A stretch of DNA of 64,000 bases from Chiloscyllium plagiosum (lineage: Eukaryota): assembly GCF_004010195.1 (NCBI RefSeq), contig NC_057718.1:8145552-8209551 (forward strand), given 5' to 3'. The position numbers and the translations under genes are program-made. Below the pieces are notes generated by a model. It made no database searches. It was not told the DNA's origin and worked only from the letters and a program-made list of their open reading frames with translations. How positions within the stretch are numbered: position 1 is the stretch's first letter; every line of letters starts with the position of its first letter. Of this stretch, positions 1 to 11,959 are shown piece after piece.

Positions 1-726
1 ACATCAGAATGGACTCAACACTGAAGTAAATGAAGGAGAGTATTAAACAGGCAGGTAACTTGTTATTGGCTCATCGGGAATATTTCTTTGCAGTTTTCAA
101 AAAAAGCAAAGTTTTTGCACTTACGTCATTTCACAAAATTGATCTCACTCATGTTTGAGTTGTAATGATGTGATTATTACAGCCAGTAAAATCTCGCCCC
201 GACTGCAACATACACATTGCATCATACTTTACGGTGCGTCTAAATGAATGCGACAGATTTTGGTTATCAAAACTAACAGCAAGTCAAGACATGTATTTTT
301 TCGATGGGTGTGACTGAGCCATTTTATACGAACTGGGTTTACCAGTTTTCAACCAATAACCTGTCAACTTAGACCCCACCCCAGCAACCTTTTTGCAATT
401 AACTCTTTCACTCTGGGGTTACCTCAGGTGAGTGTGTAAATTTCAACTCTAGGCAAGGGAAAGGCTCCAACTGAGAAAAGATGCTCTGTCAGAGTATGCC
501 TGCTTTGCATATAGGTCATGCCATAACCAATACTTATTTCGATTGGATAAAGAACATGGTTTCTATTGTAGACCCTCGACCTTGCTCCATCATCAAATTG
601 TTGATTAGAACCTCAACTCCATGTTCCTACATCAGCTTTCCTTCAGAGCTCAATCCAACAAAAATATGAAGTTAAGTGCCTTATTTAACCTTCACCGTAT
701 TGACTCAACGATGTGATCATATTTAC

Positions 727-1185
727 AGTCCTAGAGATATACAGCATGGAAACAAATCCTTCAGTCCAACTTGTCCATGTCAACCAGACATTCTAAATTA
801 ATCTAGTCCCATTTGCCAGCATTTGGCCCATATCCCTCTAAACCCTTCCTATTCAAATACCCATCCAGATGCCTTTTAAATGTTATAATTCTACCAGCCT
901 CCACCACTTCCTCTGGGAACTCATTCCGTACACACACCACCCCGCATGAAAACGTTAATGCTTTGGTTCCTTTTAAATCTTTCCTCTCTCACCTTAAACC
1001 TCAGTCCTCAAGAATTGCACTCCTCTATCCTGGGGAAAAAAATATTGATTATTCATCCTATACATGCCCCACATAATTTTATAAAATTCTATAAGGCTAC
1101 CTGTCAGCCTTCGATGCTCCAGGAAAACAGCCCCAGCCTATTCAGCCTCTCCCTATAGCTCAAACTCACCAATCCAGCAACTTCT
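727..1185 (-). mobile_element. CR1/HER1-like LINE 3' fragment
   Basis: Reverse complement of the CR1 ORF2 C-terminus and 3' UTR that recurs at 16350-17165, 17545-18015 and 20405-20920. Confidence 0.85.
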
Positions 1186-1194
1186 GTTAAGTCG

Positions 1195-1430
1195 AGAAAG
1201 TTGCCCCTTATGTCCCTTTAAATCTTTTCTCTCTCACCTTAAACCTGTGCCCTCTAGTTTTTGGACTCTCCTACCCTCAGATAAAGACCTTGGTTATTCA
1301 GCCTATCCATAGCCCTCATGATTTTATAAACCTCTATAAGGTCATCTCTCAGCGTCTGATGGTCCAGGTACAGTAGCCCCAGGCTATTCAGCCTCTCCCT
1401 CTAGCTCAAACCCACCAATCCAGCAACTTC
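1195..1430 (-). mobile_element. Second, tandem CR1 fragment
   Basis: Repeats about 950-1185 and ends in the same CACCAATCCAGCAACTTC junction. Confidence 0.8.
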
Positions 1431-1827
1431 CGTGTAAGCCATTTCTTATGAGAGAGGAGAACGGAGGCCAAGCAAACCTAAGATGGGGATCAACTAGTTC
1501 TTTGAGGAGGTTTGTAAAGGTGGAGAAGTGGTAGAAATAGCAGCAAATTAAGGAAGGAAGATATACCAAACAGAAATTGAATTTTGCAAGTTCCCTTGAT
1601 ATGTAACATGCAATAATCAGAGAAATCTCTTTGCATTCTTTACAATTCTTTACTGGTGTTTTACATGGAGTGAGAACCTAACTGTTGAACCCAAACCAAT
1701 TTATACCTATTTGCATATGATCAAGCAGTTAATTACCCCTGCTACACAACAACCCGAAAGTAGTTTACTTACTATACCCATATTAACCTGTCATGTTGCA
1801 ATTCATCTTACCTTGGATTTTTTGTCA

Positions 1828-2150
1828 ATACATTCACAGGATGTGGGTATAACTGGTCAGGCCCAGCATTTATTGCCCATCCATAATTGTCCAGAGGGCA
1901 GTTAAGAGTCAACCACATTGCCGTGGGTCTGGAGTCACACGTAGGCCAGACCAGGTAAGGATGGCAGTTTCCTTTCTGAAAGGACATGAGCAAGCCGGAT
2001 GGGTTTGCCCAACAATTAGCAACAGTTTTGTGGTCATTATTAGACTCTTAATTCCAGATTTTTATTGGATTCCACCATCTGCAATAGCAAGGATTATCAG
2101 AGAGCACTCTTGGTTAACAGTCCCACTAGAATAGCATGAGGCTATCACCT
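1828..2150 (-). mobile_element. Shark SINE-like repeat with GGGCAATAAATGCTGG-type LINE-derived tail
   Basis: Same sequence recurs at 22460-22670, 39630-40030, 40135-40820 and 40840-41125; tail shared with the LINE end at 9370-9660. Confidence 0.7.
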
Positions 2151-3044
2151 CCCAATGTTGAGTGGGAAATAATGCATTCCATCCTCTCTCTCTCTAAAAG
2201 CCTCAAGACCAGTGGTACACGCTGCATGCTCCTTCTCTAAGGACATTCAGTTAAGAACAAGTGGCAGACTGTCAGGACTTACAACCGGGAAACAGCACTT
2301 TTTAAATCTTTTTATGAATGCCCACCTCCAAATCCCAAATTAAACAATTTCAAAGAATTACAAGCTGCAACAATAACAAAAAAGAAGGATTGAAAAAGAG
2401 AGAGGGATTAAATCAAAGTAGAATTGGGAGGGAGGGGAACTGATACTCCCCATCACCCCTGCGGTGCCCACCTGAAAATCTGCTCTGAGGAGCATTCATG
2501 CTCCCAGCTCTTTCTTGAGCCTATCCTGGGTTATTGTTAAAGGAACCAACGTGCACAAGGTTATCTGAAGTGCACTTTGTTATGTGGAGCCCAGGATGGT
2601 GCTGGGTGATTCAGGTACCAGACAATTTTGAATTGCTTCACGCCCGCTTGTCAAATTTCTGTGATGTGTGTCATTGCTAAATTTGCAATTCGTTGATGTA
2701 AAATCATCCCTTGCATGCGTTAACTATTTCCTGATGCCTGGCATTAGCCTTTGATTACAGTCTGCCCATAGCTTCCTGCTACCTGACCAGAATGCAGCTG
2801 TGCAATTTCACGGAGACCAAAGTCCTTCTCGAAATTGCATTATCCCAGGTATACCACACACATGGCTTTTACACGATTCATGCTGGTGACCCAGTGTAAA
2901 AGAAAGTGCAGTGTTAACTGCGAGACAAAGCATGGCGGGCTGAATGGCCTGCCTTTGTCCCTGTGCTCCTGTGACCCACACACACACCTGGTGGTGATCC
3001 TGTGTTACCGTTGACTTACCAACTCAACCCTGCTGCCTCGAAAG

Positions 3045-3468
3045 AAAGTCTTTCATTTATATAGCGTCCGTTGCAACCCCAAAGTGCCCCAAACCCCTTC
3101 ACAGCCAATGATGTGATTATGGAGAGCTGTGAGAAACGTGGCAGCCAATGTGTGCACAGCAGGATCCCGATTACAGCAAAGACCAAAATAATTATTATTT
3201 AGAGTGATGTTGAATAATTTGTTTTTGAAAAACCCAACATAGGCAAGGTCACCAGGGAAATCTCCATTGTCTGGCTTCAGAATATCTCAATGAGAACTTT
3301 TACATCCACTTGAGGACAGATTGAGTCTCAGTTTGGTGTTTCTCCTGAAGGACAACACATCTAACAGTGCGCATGCCCCCAGTACTGCACTGAGACAGTC
3401 ACCTTCGGACTTCAGAAAAATGATGGTGGGACTTGAGCCCTCAGCCTTGTGTTTCAGAGGTGAGGCTG
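3045..3468 (-). mobile_element. DeuSINE (SacSINE1/AmnSINE1-like), diverged
   Basis: Reverse-strand blocks CATTTATATAGCG, CAGCCAATG..GCACAGCA, CAGTACTGCACTG and GGGACTTGAGCCC in the expected order. Confidence 0.7.
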
Positions 3469-3861
3469 TTTTTCTGTTCTTTTCAATTGTGTTTATGCAA
3501 ATGATTGCTACCTTCCTCTGGCAAAAATATAAAAACATATTACAAGACAGGGGATAATTAAATTACCATTTCAAGAACAGTATTAACCTCAAGCAAAATT
3601 CCATGCGAAACAGTCAGATTTCACAGAGAAATATTTAATACACGCTCACATTCGCCAGGCTGCTTACTCTAGTGTTGAGACTGGCCATGACTGGGCAGGT
3701 TCACTCTGCCAATGATGATCCAAGGTTACAGAGGTATGACTTGAGCCAATTCAAAGGTGTGCAACGTGTTATCAACCAACCCCTGCGACATCCAAAGATG
3801 ACCAAATTCAGAGCAGTCTGTGACCCCATTTCTGAAAGGTACCCAAAGAACTCCATCGAAA

Positions 3862-4512
3862 CAAAAACAGAAATTACTGCAAAACCTCAGCAGTTCTGGC
3901 AGCATCTGTGAAGAGAAATCAGAGTTAACGTTTCAGGTCCAGCGAGCTTTCCTGGACTCATCATGTTATCTCTGATTTCTTTCGACAGATGCTGCCAGGC
4001 ATGCTGAAATTTTCCAGCAATTTGATTTGATTTATTGTAGTCACATGTACCTAAGCACAGTGAAAAGGTTTTGTTTTGTGAGTAGTACAGACAGATCATA
4101 GTAAGCAAGGACGTATAGATCACAGGGTGCAAAGACCGAGGGAGGCATAAAGGTTACAATGCAGAGGATTTGCACAAAGTAAGATCAATATTAACAAGAT
4201 CAACATTATTTGAATTTAGAGAGGTCCATTCATCAGTCTAATAACAGCAGGGAAGAAGCTGTACTTGAACCTGTTGGTGCGAGTGTTCAAGCTTCTGTAT
4301 CTCCTGCCTGACGAAGAGGTTGGAACAGAGCATTACCAGGGTGGGAGGGGTCTTTGATGATGTTGGCAGCATTTCCATGGCAATGAGAAATGTAAATGGA
4401 GTCCATGGATGGGAGGTTGGCTTCCCTGGTGGTTTGGACGGTGCACATCACCTTCTGTAGTATTTGTGTTTTTGTTTCTGATTTCCAGCAGCCACAATTC
4501 TTTCATTTTTTT
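3862..4512. mobile_element. PLE-derived fold-back mini-element; right arm split by a LINE insertion
   Basis: CAGCAGTTCTGGCAGCATCTG mirrored by CAGATGCTGCCAGGCATGCTG; tail TTTGTTTCTGATTTCCAGCA resumes at about 4461. Confidence 0.7.
4021..4460 (-). mobile_element. Rex/Babar-like (or L2-like) LINE 3' fragment
   Basis: GATTT-repeat tail followed by GGGAAGAAGCTGTACTTGAACCTG...CTTCTGTATCTCCTGCCTGAC, typical of fish Rex-type 3' ends. Confidence 0.55.
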
Positions 4513-4585
4513 GAATCTCCACCAGGAACGCTGGCTGGCAAAGATGATCTTCCTAACATCAGTACGATGTTCAACTGTAGCAAGT

Positions 4586-4696
4586 GTAGTGATTGTAACC
4601 AGCTGAACCTTATAGAGTATAAGTTCCCTGATTTGGGCTATTAATCTGACCCAATCAGGTGCCCTTGCTGACAGGTATAAACATTAGTGTCAGAGA
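4586..4696 (+). mobile_element. Probable LTR 5' fragment
   Basis: Begins TGTAGTGATTGTAAC and contains CCAATCAGG and TATAAA; truncated by the adjacent CR1. Confidence 0.4.
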
Positions 4697-4699
4697 TAG

Positions 4700-6212
4700 G
4701 TATATAAAAGGGAACAGAATCATTAAGATGAATGCTGGTCCCTTGGAAGATGAAACCAGAGAGTTAATACTGGGGAACACTGAGATGGTAATACCTTGCC
4801 TCAGTTTTCACGGTGGAGGACAATCATACCATTCCTGTTAGAATGGGCAAATCAGAGGCAATAGAAAGGGTAGAACTAAGAACAATCACCATCGAGAGGG
4901 AAAAGGTACTCAGCATACTATTAGGATTGAGGGCAGACAGGTCTCCTAGGCCTGATAGCATACATCCAAGGGTATTAAAGGAAGTGGCAGCAGAAATGGT
5001 GGATCCATTGGTTACTATATTCCAAAATTCCCTGGACACTGGAAAGGTTCCAGTGGATTGGAAAAATGCTAATGCAATGACCTTATTCAAAAAAGGAGGG
5101 AGGCAATATGTGGGAAATCATGGACCAGTTAGTTTAACATCTGTAGTTGGGAAAGTGTTAGAATCAAACATCAAGAAAGCAATATCAGGACATTCGGAAA
5201 GTCAAAATGTTATCCATCAGAGTAAGCATGAGTTTACAAAGGGCAAATCATGTTTGACTAATTTGCTGGAGCTCTTTGAAGATGTAATACGCAAAGTGGA
5301 TAATGGGGATGTTGTACACGTAATTTATCTGGACTTCGAGAAGGCATTTGATAAGGTGCTCCACAAAAAATTAATTCACAAGGTTGGATCATATGGGATT
5401 GGGGTAATTTATTAGCATGGATAGATGATTAAATGGTGGAGTGGACTTGATGGGCCGAATGGCCTTACTTCCACTCTTATGTCTTATGGTCTTATGACTG
5501 GCTGATGGACAGAAGACAGAGAGTCGGGATAAAGGAGATAATTTCTGGATGGCAGAAAGTAACTCATGGGATGCACAGGGTTGGGTCCTTGGGCCCTAGC
5601 TATTTACAATCTATATTAACAATTTGGATGCAGGGATGGAAGGCTCTGTAGCCAAATTTGCGGATGACCCAAAAATGCAGGATGGTAAATTGCAAAGAGG
5701 AAATGAAATCCTTACAAATGCATATAGATAAGTTAGGAAAGTGGGCAGTTCAGAGGATGTTCTTGAGATTGATCCCGGAGATGTTGGGTTTGTCATATGA
5801 ACAGACACTGAACTGTTTAGATCTACACTGTCTCGAATTTAGAAGAATGAGTGATCAAATTCAGAATGAAAAAAGGTCTGGATAAAATAGGCATGGAGCT
5901 GATGCTTCCTCTTGTGGGACATTCTAAGATAGGACATCATAGTCTTGGGATAAGGGGGAGCAAATTTCAAACAGAGTTGAGGGGAAACTACTTCTCCCAA
6001 AGGGTTGTGAATTTGTGGGAATTCACTGCCCCGAAGTGCGGTGGATGCTGGATTAAATTTACAGAGGGCTTAGACGGATTTTTAATTGACAATAGGTTGA
6101 AGGATTATAGGGAGAAGGCATAAAAATGGGAGGGAGGAACATATCAGCCCTGATTGAATGGCAGATCAGATTTGATGGGCCGAAAGGCCTAATTCTGCTC
6201 CAATACGTTATG
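4700..6212 (+). mobile_element. CR1 LINE ORF2 remnant (RT region to 3' end), internally deleted
   Basis: ORF 4813-5415 with SPRPDSIHPRVLKE, PVSLTSVVGKVLE, KSCLTNLLE, YLDFEKAFDKV; KFADD at about 5655; C-terminal FSQRVVNLW. Confidence 0.92.
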
Positions 6213-6349
6213 AACTTATGAAGATTCTGACACTCTGGTAGTAAAGAGGCAGTACTAAAGCCAAGGATTGTTCACATGTAAATAAACGTGAATTGGCAAT
6301 GGGTTGCCTACCTTGTAGTGTTCTTTCAGCAAGAACCATAACCACAGCT

Positions 6350-6582
6350 AAACCTGGTGAACAGTAAAGACCCCATGGCACTATATCCAAATAGAGTGAG
6401 CATTGCCCTCATAAAACCCTCAACCAACGTCACCCAAATCAGATGAGCTTCTTATATATTTCATTGGTGCTTGTGGATGCTTGATTGCAAAGATTAAATG
6501 TCACGTTTCCTTTATTTATATCAGTCACTCGATTTGAAAAGTGCTTCTTTGGTTGAAAGTTGCTCTGGGGCGTTCTGAGCTC
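6350..6582 (+). mobile_element. DeuSINE 3' half, diverged
   Basis: GTAAAGACCCCATGGCACTAT...GGGGCGTTCTGAG; reverse complement of part of 3045-3468. Confidence 0.55.
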
Positions 6583-6873
6583 ATGCTATTTCTGTTATTT
6601 CCCCCTCAGGAACAGTGAGGATTAACTGTGATGGTCCCCACCTGTGCCCTGATGTATTAGGATGTATTTCCCCTTTCCTGGTTTTGAAGAAAGCTGAGTC
6701 AAACAGGAACTCAAAGTCAAGTCTGACTCATTTGTTCAGTTCACTCAGTTGTAAGGCATGCATCCGTTCTTTACTCTATCTTTTCCGTCATACTGGCTGT
6801 CAAGTAACTGCAGACAGTAAAGGACAAGTGATCATGGGTGTTCCTATGCAATGGACAGTCTGTGATGCACCTT

Positions 6874-7090
6874 GAAAAAAGCAGTAATTGCTGGAGAAAC
6901 TCAGCAGGTGTTGCAGCAAATGTGGAGAAAGAAAGCAGAGCTAACGTTGCATATCTGGTACTCCTTCTTCATTCTGAAACTCAAAACATTAACTGTTTTC
7001 TTTTCTTCACAGATGTTGCCAGACCTGTTGAGCTTCTCCTGCAATTTCTGTTTTTGTTTCAAATTTCCAGCATCCGGGGTTCTTTGCTTT
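6874..7090. mobile_element. PLE-derived fold-back mini-element
   Basis: AATTGCTGGAGAAACTCAGCAGG inverted as CCTGTTGAGCTTCTCCTGCAATT, with an extra tail on the right arm. Confidence 0.7.
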
Positions 7091-7300
7091 ATATATGTTG
7101 TGCACCTTGCATGACACTGTTCCTTTACAGAATTTAATGGGTAAAACTTAATACCTTTACCTAGTCCCCTAGAGGCAGATTTAGTCATTTGTTTGGGTGT
7201 GGGTGTGAAGACCTCAGCTTATCTCTCCTCTTCCAGTCAAAGTGTTGCAGTCAGCAACACAAAAATACCAAATTTTAAAGGGAACAGCAATCTATACTGT

Positions 7301-7908
7301 TTTGAGAAGATTTGTAGCTCAGGTTGAGGTTTTGGATATAGGTTTGTTCGCTGAGCTGCAAGGTTCATTACCAAACGTTTCATTACCCTACTGGGTAACA
7401 TCTTCAGTGGGCCTCAGGTGAAGTAAGGCTGAAAATTCTATGCTTTCTATGTTTGGGTTTCTTTGGGCTGGTGATGTCATTTCCTGTGGTGATGTTATTT
7501 CCTGTGGTGAAGTCACTTCTTGTTCCTTTTCTCAGGGGGTGGTAGATGGGGTTTAACTCGATGTGTTTGCTGATAGAGTTCCAGTTGGAATGCCATACTT
7601 CTAGGAATTCTCGTGCATGTCTTTGTTTGGCTTGTCCTAGGATGGATGTATTGTTCCAGTAGAAGTGGTGTCCAGCCTCCTCCATATGTGAGGATACTAG
7701 TGAGAGAGGGTCATGTCTTTTTGTGGCTAGTTGGTGTTCATGCATCATGGTGGCTAGTTTTCACCGACCCAAAGAAACCCAAACATATAAATAGAAAGCA
7801 GGAATTATCAGCAGTGCTTCACCTGAGGCCCACTGAAGATGTTACCTAGTAGGGTAACAAAACGTCTGGAAATGAACCTTGCAGCTCAGCGAGCAAACCT
7901 ACATCCAA
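7301..7908 (-). mobile_element. Penelope-like element: GIY-YIG C-terminus with inverted pseudo-LTR and 12-bp TSD
   Basis: ORF 7404-7748 (HEHQLATKRHD...AREFLEVWHS); inverted terminal arms; AATCTATACTGT at 7289-7300 and 7909-7920. Confidence 0.9.
7371..7410 (-). ncRNA. Minimal hammerhead ribozyme motif in PLE terminus
   Basis: Minus strand reads CCA CUGAAGA U GUUACCC-AGUA-GGGUAAU GAAA CGUU UGG. Confidence 0.7.
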
Positions 7909-8014
7909 AATCTATACTGTATTGGAAAAGGATGATGGTTCATTGGAAAGTGCACTCTGATTGGTTGAGGGATCATCATGGAGAATACATCAAGAACCAG
8001 GTATCACCCAACAC

Positions 8015-9010
8015 CATGAAATGTAGGAACAGAAGTAGGCCATTCAGTCTATCGAGTCTGCTCTCCTATTCTATGAGATCATGTCTGATCTGACAATCCT
8101 CAACTCCACTTTCCTGCCTTTCCCCCATAACCCTTGTTCTCCTACTGATTAAAAATCTAACTATCTCTGACTTAAATATAATTAACAAACCAGCCTCAAC
8201 AGCCCTCTGCAGTAATGAATTCCCCAGATTCACTATTAATTCAGAGAAGAGATTTCTCCTCATCTCTGTCTTAAATGACTTCTTATTCTGAGAATGCACC
8301 TTCTGGTCTAGACTTTCCCACATGGGGGGAAACAGCCTTTCCACATCTTCCCTGTCAGGTCCCCTAAGAATCTTGTATGTTTCAGTAAAGTAATTTCTAG
8401 TTTGTCTAAACTCCAATGAGTACATGACAAACCTACTCAGCCTTATAAGACTGTCCCTCCATATCTGGTATCAGCCCAGTGAATCTTCTCTAAACTGCCT
8501 CCCATACCCAGATTATCTTTCCTTAGATAATGGACCCCAGTATTTTAGCTGTGGTTTGCCCAGTGCCTTGTATCATTTTAGCAAATCCTCCTTACTGTTA
8601 TATTCCATTCCCTTTGAAATAAAGACAACCATTCCATTTGCCTTCCCTATTACTCACAGAACCTACATATTACATTTTTTGTAATTCAAGGACAAGGTCT
8701 CTCAAATCCCATGTTCTGTAGATTTCTGTAGACCTTCTCAATTTAAATAGTATTCAGCTCCTCTATTCTTCACCAAAGTGCACAACCACATTTTCCCACA
8801 TTATACTCTATCAGTCTCATTTTTGCCCACTCGCTTAACCTGTCTATATCCCTCAGCAGACTCTGTGTTATCCTCACAACTTGCCTTCCTGCCTATTTTA
8901 GTGCCATCTGCAAACTTGGCTATAATATCTTTACTCTCCTCATCCAAATCATAAATCTTTATTGTAAATAATTGTGGTCCCAGCTCTGATCGCTATGTCA
9001 CTCCACTAGT
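8015..9010 (-). mobile_element. CR1 LINE 3' fragment (probably continues at about 9700-9920)
   Basis: ORF 8066-8425 YSLEFR...ETYKILRG...FKTEMRRNLFSE. Confidence 0.85.
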
Positions 9011-9049
9011 TCACCAAAGATCCTCAGACAGCACATTCTATATTCTAAT

Positions 9050-9365
9050 TAGATATAGGACAGATGCCAGAGGTAGTTTCTTTACTCAGAGAGTAGTAGG
9101 GGTGTGGAATTCCCTGCCTGCAACAATAATAGACTTACCAACTTTAAGGTAAAAACAATAACTGCAGATGCTGGAAACCAGATTCTGGATCAGTGGTGCT
9201 GGAAGAGCACAGCAATTCATCATCAACTTTAAGTACATTTAAATGGTCATTAGGTAAACATATGGATGAAAATGGAATGGTGTAGGATAGACAGGCTTCA
9301 GATTGGTCAGCACAATATCGAGGGTCGAAGGGCCTGGACTGTGTTGTAATGTTCTATGTTCTATG
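9050..9365 (+). mobile_element. CR1 3' end carrying a PLE mini-insert
   Basis: TTCTTTACTCAGAGAGTAGTAGGG...TTCTATGTTCTATG tail; same subfamily as 55180-55595. Confidence 0.8.
9149..9223 (-). mobile_element. PLE terminal mini-insert with 10-bp TSD
   Basis: CTGCAGATGCTGG...GTGCTGGAAGAGCACAGCA flanked by CAACTTTAAG at 9139-9148 and 9224-9233. Confidence 0.8.
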
Positions 9366-9369
9366 TTTA

Positions 9370-9660
9370 AATCCACGACCACTTCCATCTAGAAGGAAAA
9401 GGGCAGAGATACATGGGAACACCACCACCTTCAAGTTCCCGTCCAAGCCGCTCACCATCCTGACTTGTAAATATATCACCATTCCTTCAGTGTCACTGGG
9501 TCAAAATCCTGGAATTCCCTCCCTAAAGGCAGCTCACCCACAGCACATGGACTACAGCGGTTCAAGAAGGCAGCTCACCCCACCTTCTCAATGGGCAACT
9601 AAGGACGGGCAATAAAAGCTGGCCCAGCCAGCGATGCCCACATCCCACAATTGAATAAAT
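9370..9660 (+). mobile_element. LINE 3' end (L2-like), probable partner of the SINE at 1828
   Basis: TGGAATTCCCTCCCT...GGTTCAAGAAGGCAGCTCAC...GGGCAATAAA tail; inverse copies at 33580-33860 and 36060-36340. Confidence 0.65.
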
Positions 9661-9971
9661 AAAATAATGTTGTCATCCTGAAAATGTCCCCACGATTCCA
9701 AATTTCCGTGTTCTGTTAGTTAGCCAATCCTCTATTCATCCTGATATTCTATCTGTAACACTATGGCCTCTTCTTTTACTATCTTAAGTAGCATAATGTG
9801 TGGCACCTTATCAAACACCTTCTGAAAATCCAAATCTATTATATCTACTGCTTCCCCTTTATCTATTCTGTTTGTTATCTCCTCAACAAATCCTCGTAAA
9901 TCTGTCAGGGTTTCTCCTTCAAGTGGTAAGTGACTCTGTGCAAATTGACTATAGTGGGACTAGTAATACAT

Positions 9972-10674
9972 TGTTATGAAGATGTGGGTGTACTTTAAGA
10001 GAGTTAAAAGCAGCAGAACTACCAGACACAGCACCAAGTGTTGTCAATAATGCAACAATGTATGTAACACTTGGTAGAACTCGCTCATTGCCTGGAGACA
10101 AAAATAAATTCGAATTCGGCCAATCAGTTTAAATTATACCCCAAAAAGTTACCAATTTCCAATCAAGTTTGAATTGAGTATATTGACAATCTTAAAAGCC
10201 AATGACACAATCCAAGGTATAAGACTGGGGGAAATTGAATAGTTGAGGTGAGAACTGCCAAGTTATAGCATGTAATAGACGGCTTGAAAAAATATCTCTC
10301 TTAAAAGTACCTTTTCGAATAGTAACCTGTAACATAGAAATTCCTAACCAGGAGAAAAGAAGACACAGGAAAATCCAAAAAAAAAGAACCTAAAGATGCT
10401 TGGTTTTGAGATAAGAAATGCTGTTTGGTAAATCTTAATTGGGAGTTTTATTGAACTAGTATTATAGAAGGGAAGGTAAAAGATAGGTTAGAGACAGAAA
10501 GTGTAAATAGTGGTTAGTTAATTATTCTCTGTTATACTTTAAGAAATAAAGTTGTTAATTTTTACTGCACTTAGTTCTTGTCCACTCGAATGTTTACAGA
10601 TTACTGCATGGGATAAATCTTTTCTGTGTTCCTGTTTTTAAATTACGCAGAAGGGTTTACCCTGTGTTGTAACA
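9972..10674 (+). mobile_element. Solo LTR
   Basis: TGTTA...TAACA termini, CCAAT boxes, TATAAG at about 10218 and AATAAA at about 10545; no clean TSD. Confidence 0.7.
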
Positions 10675-11444
10675 CAGATACTGCACAGAGTTGGGTCTTG
10701 CTATGTCTTCCTGCTGCTACACTTACAGTGACTGAGCTTGGGGGTATTTTATTGCAGTTCCATTGACTCAGGCTCTCGTTTTGCCATATGGAAATTTTCA
10801 TCCCTAAGCAGAAAGCATATTTTGTGCACAGATAAGAGGTAATAAAACATGATCAGGCCATTAATCAGGATATTTCTAACAATGCCCATGAAAGAATTCA
10901 CTTAATTTAATGGAAATGTTGGTTGTGTTTGAACAAAGCAGTCTAACCCAAATCGCATAAAGGTGGCAAACTCACAAAACTAGTTGACCTGGATTATTAA
11001 CAAAGATATTTTGTTTGACATGTCTGTCTCAGTTTATTGCTGAAAATGATGGGAATTAGTACAGTAAACGTGTAGAAACAATTCACTTTAATGCACTGCC
11101 TAAATTCCATGGAAACAGAATCTCAAGCTAGAAAAAAGCCAATTTGTATCCAAACCAATCCACTCAGATAGTGACAACCACCATCCCTCAACCGGCTAAT
11201 GCTCACAAACGGGGATTCTGCTAACCTGCTTCTGAAGTTGTGCTTTCTACAGAAGCTTCCACATCGACAGGCACCAACACTTGTTCACACACACTCACAA
11301 CAATTCTCATTTACTCATTGAGTTGTGATCAAATGACCTGCATTGGCTCCCACTTCAACAGTTCATTAAACTTCACTTTCTCACAGTCAAAATGGTCAGG
11401 CAGCATCAGAGGAACAGGAGAGATAATGTTTAAGGTATAAGCGC

Positions 11445-11720
11445 TTTCTCATATCCTTGTGTTTGAATATCTTCCTGGCCTCAGCTCATCCTACCGCCAT
11501 CAACTCTACAAACCTTACAGATCTCTGCTCTCCTCCAATCCCATCACCTTGAGCATCTCCCATTATCATTGCTTCACCATTGCCTTCAGCTATCAAGCTG
11601 TAAGCTGCGGAATTCCTTCCTTAACCCTCTTTGTCTCCCAGACTCTCTCCTCCTTTATGATGTTCATTAAAACTTACTACTTTGTCAAAACCTACAGTTG
11701 TCTGTCTGAATATCTCTTTA
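11445..11720 (+). mobile_element. L2-like LINE 3' fragment
   Basis: GATCTCTGCTCTCCTCCAAT...GCCTTCAGCT...GGAATTCCTTCCTTAACC; similar to 50830-50960. Confidence 0.55.
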
Positions 11721-11959
11721 TGTAACTCCTTGGAAAGCTCCTCGTGATGAGTTATTGCATTATATTTATGTGAGTTGTTCATTCTAATGGAATGGGTGCT
11801 CATATGACTTTTTAAAGCGTACAGAGGTATGGGAGACAGATTCAATCTTGGTCCATTCCATGCATAATACCAGAATCAGAGTTTTTATGATCCGGAAGGA
11901 AGTCACTCCATCCAGGTGTCTCTCTCCTGAGTGTCTCTGAGCATTTTCCATCAGTACCA

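Noticed and set aside
6590..6760. Plus-strand acceptor TTATTTCCCCCTCAG with an open frame (TVRINCDGPHLC...)
   Set aside because: Weak donor, unrecognised peptide, directly abuts a SINE tail
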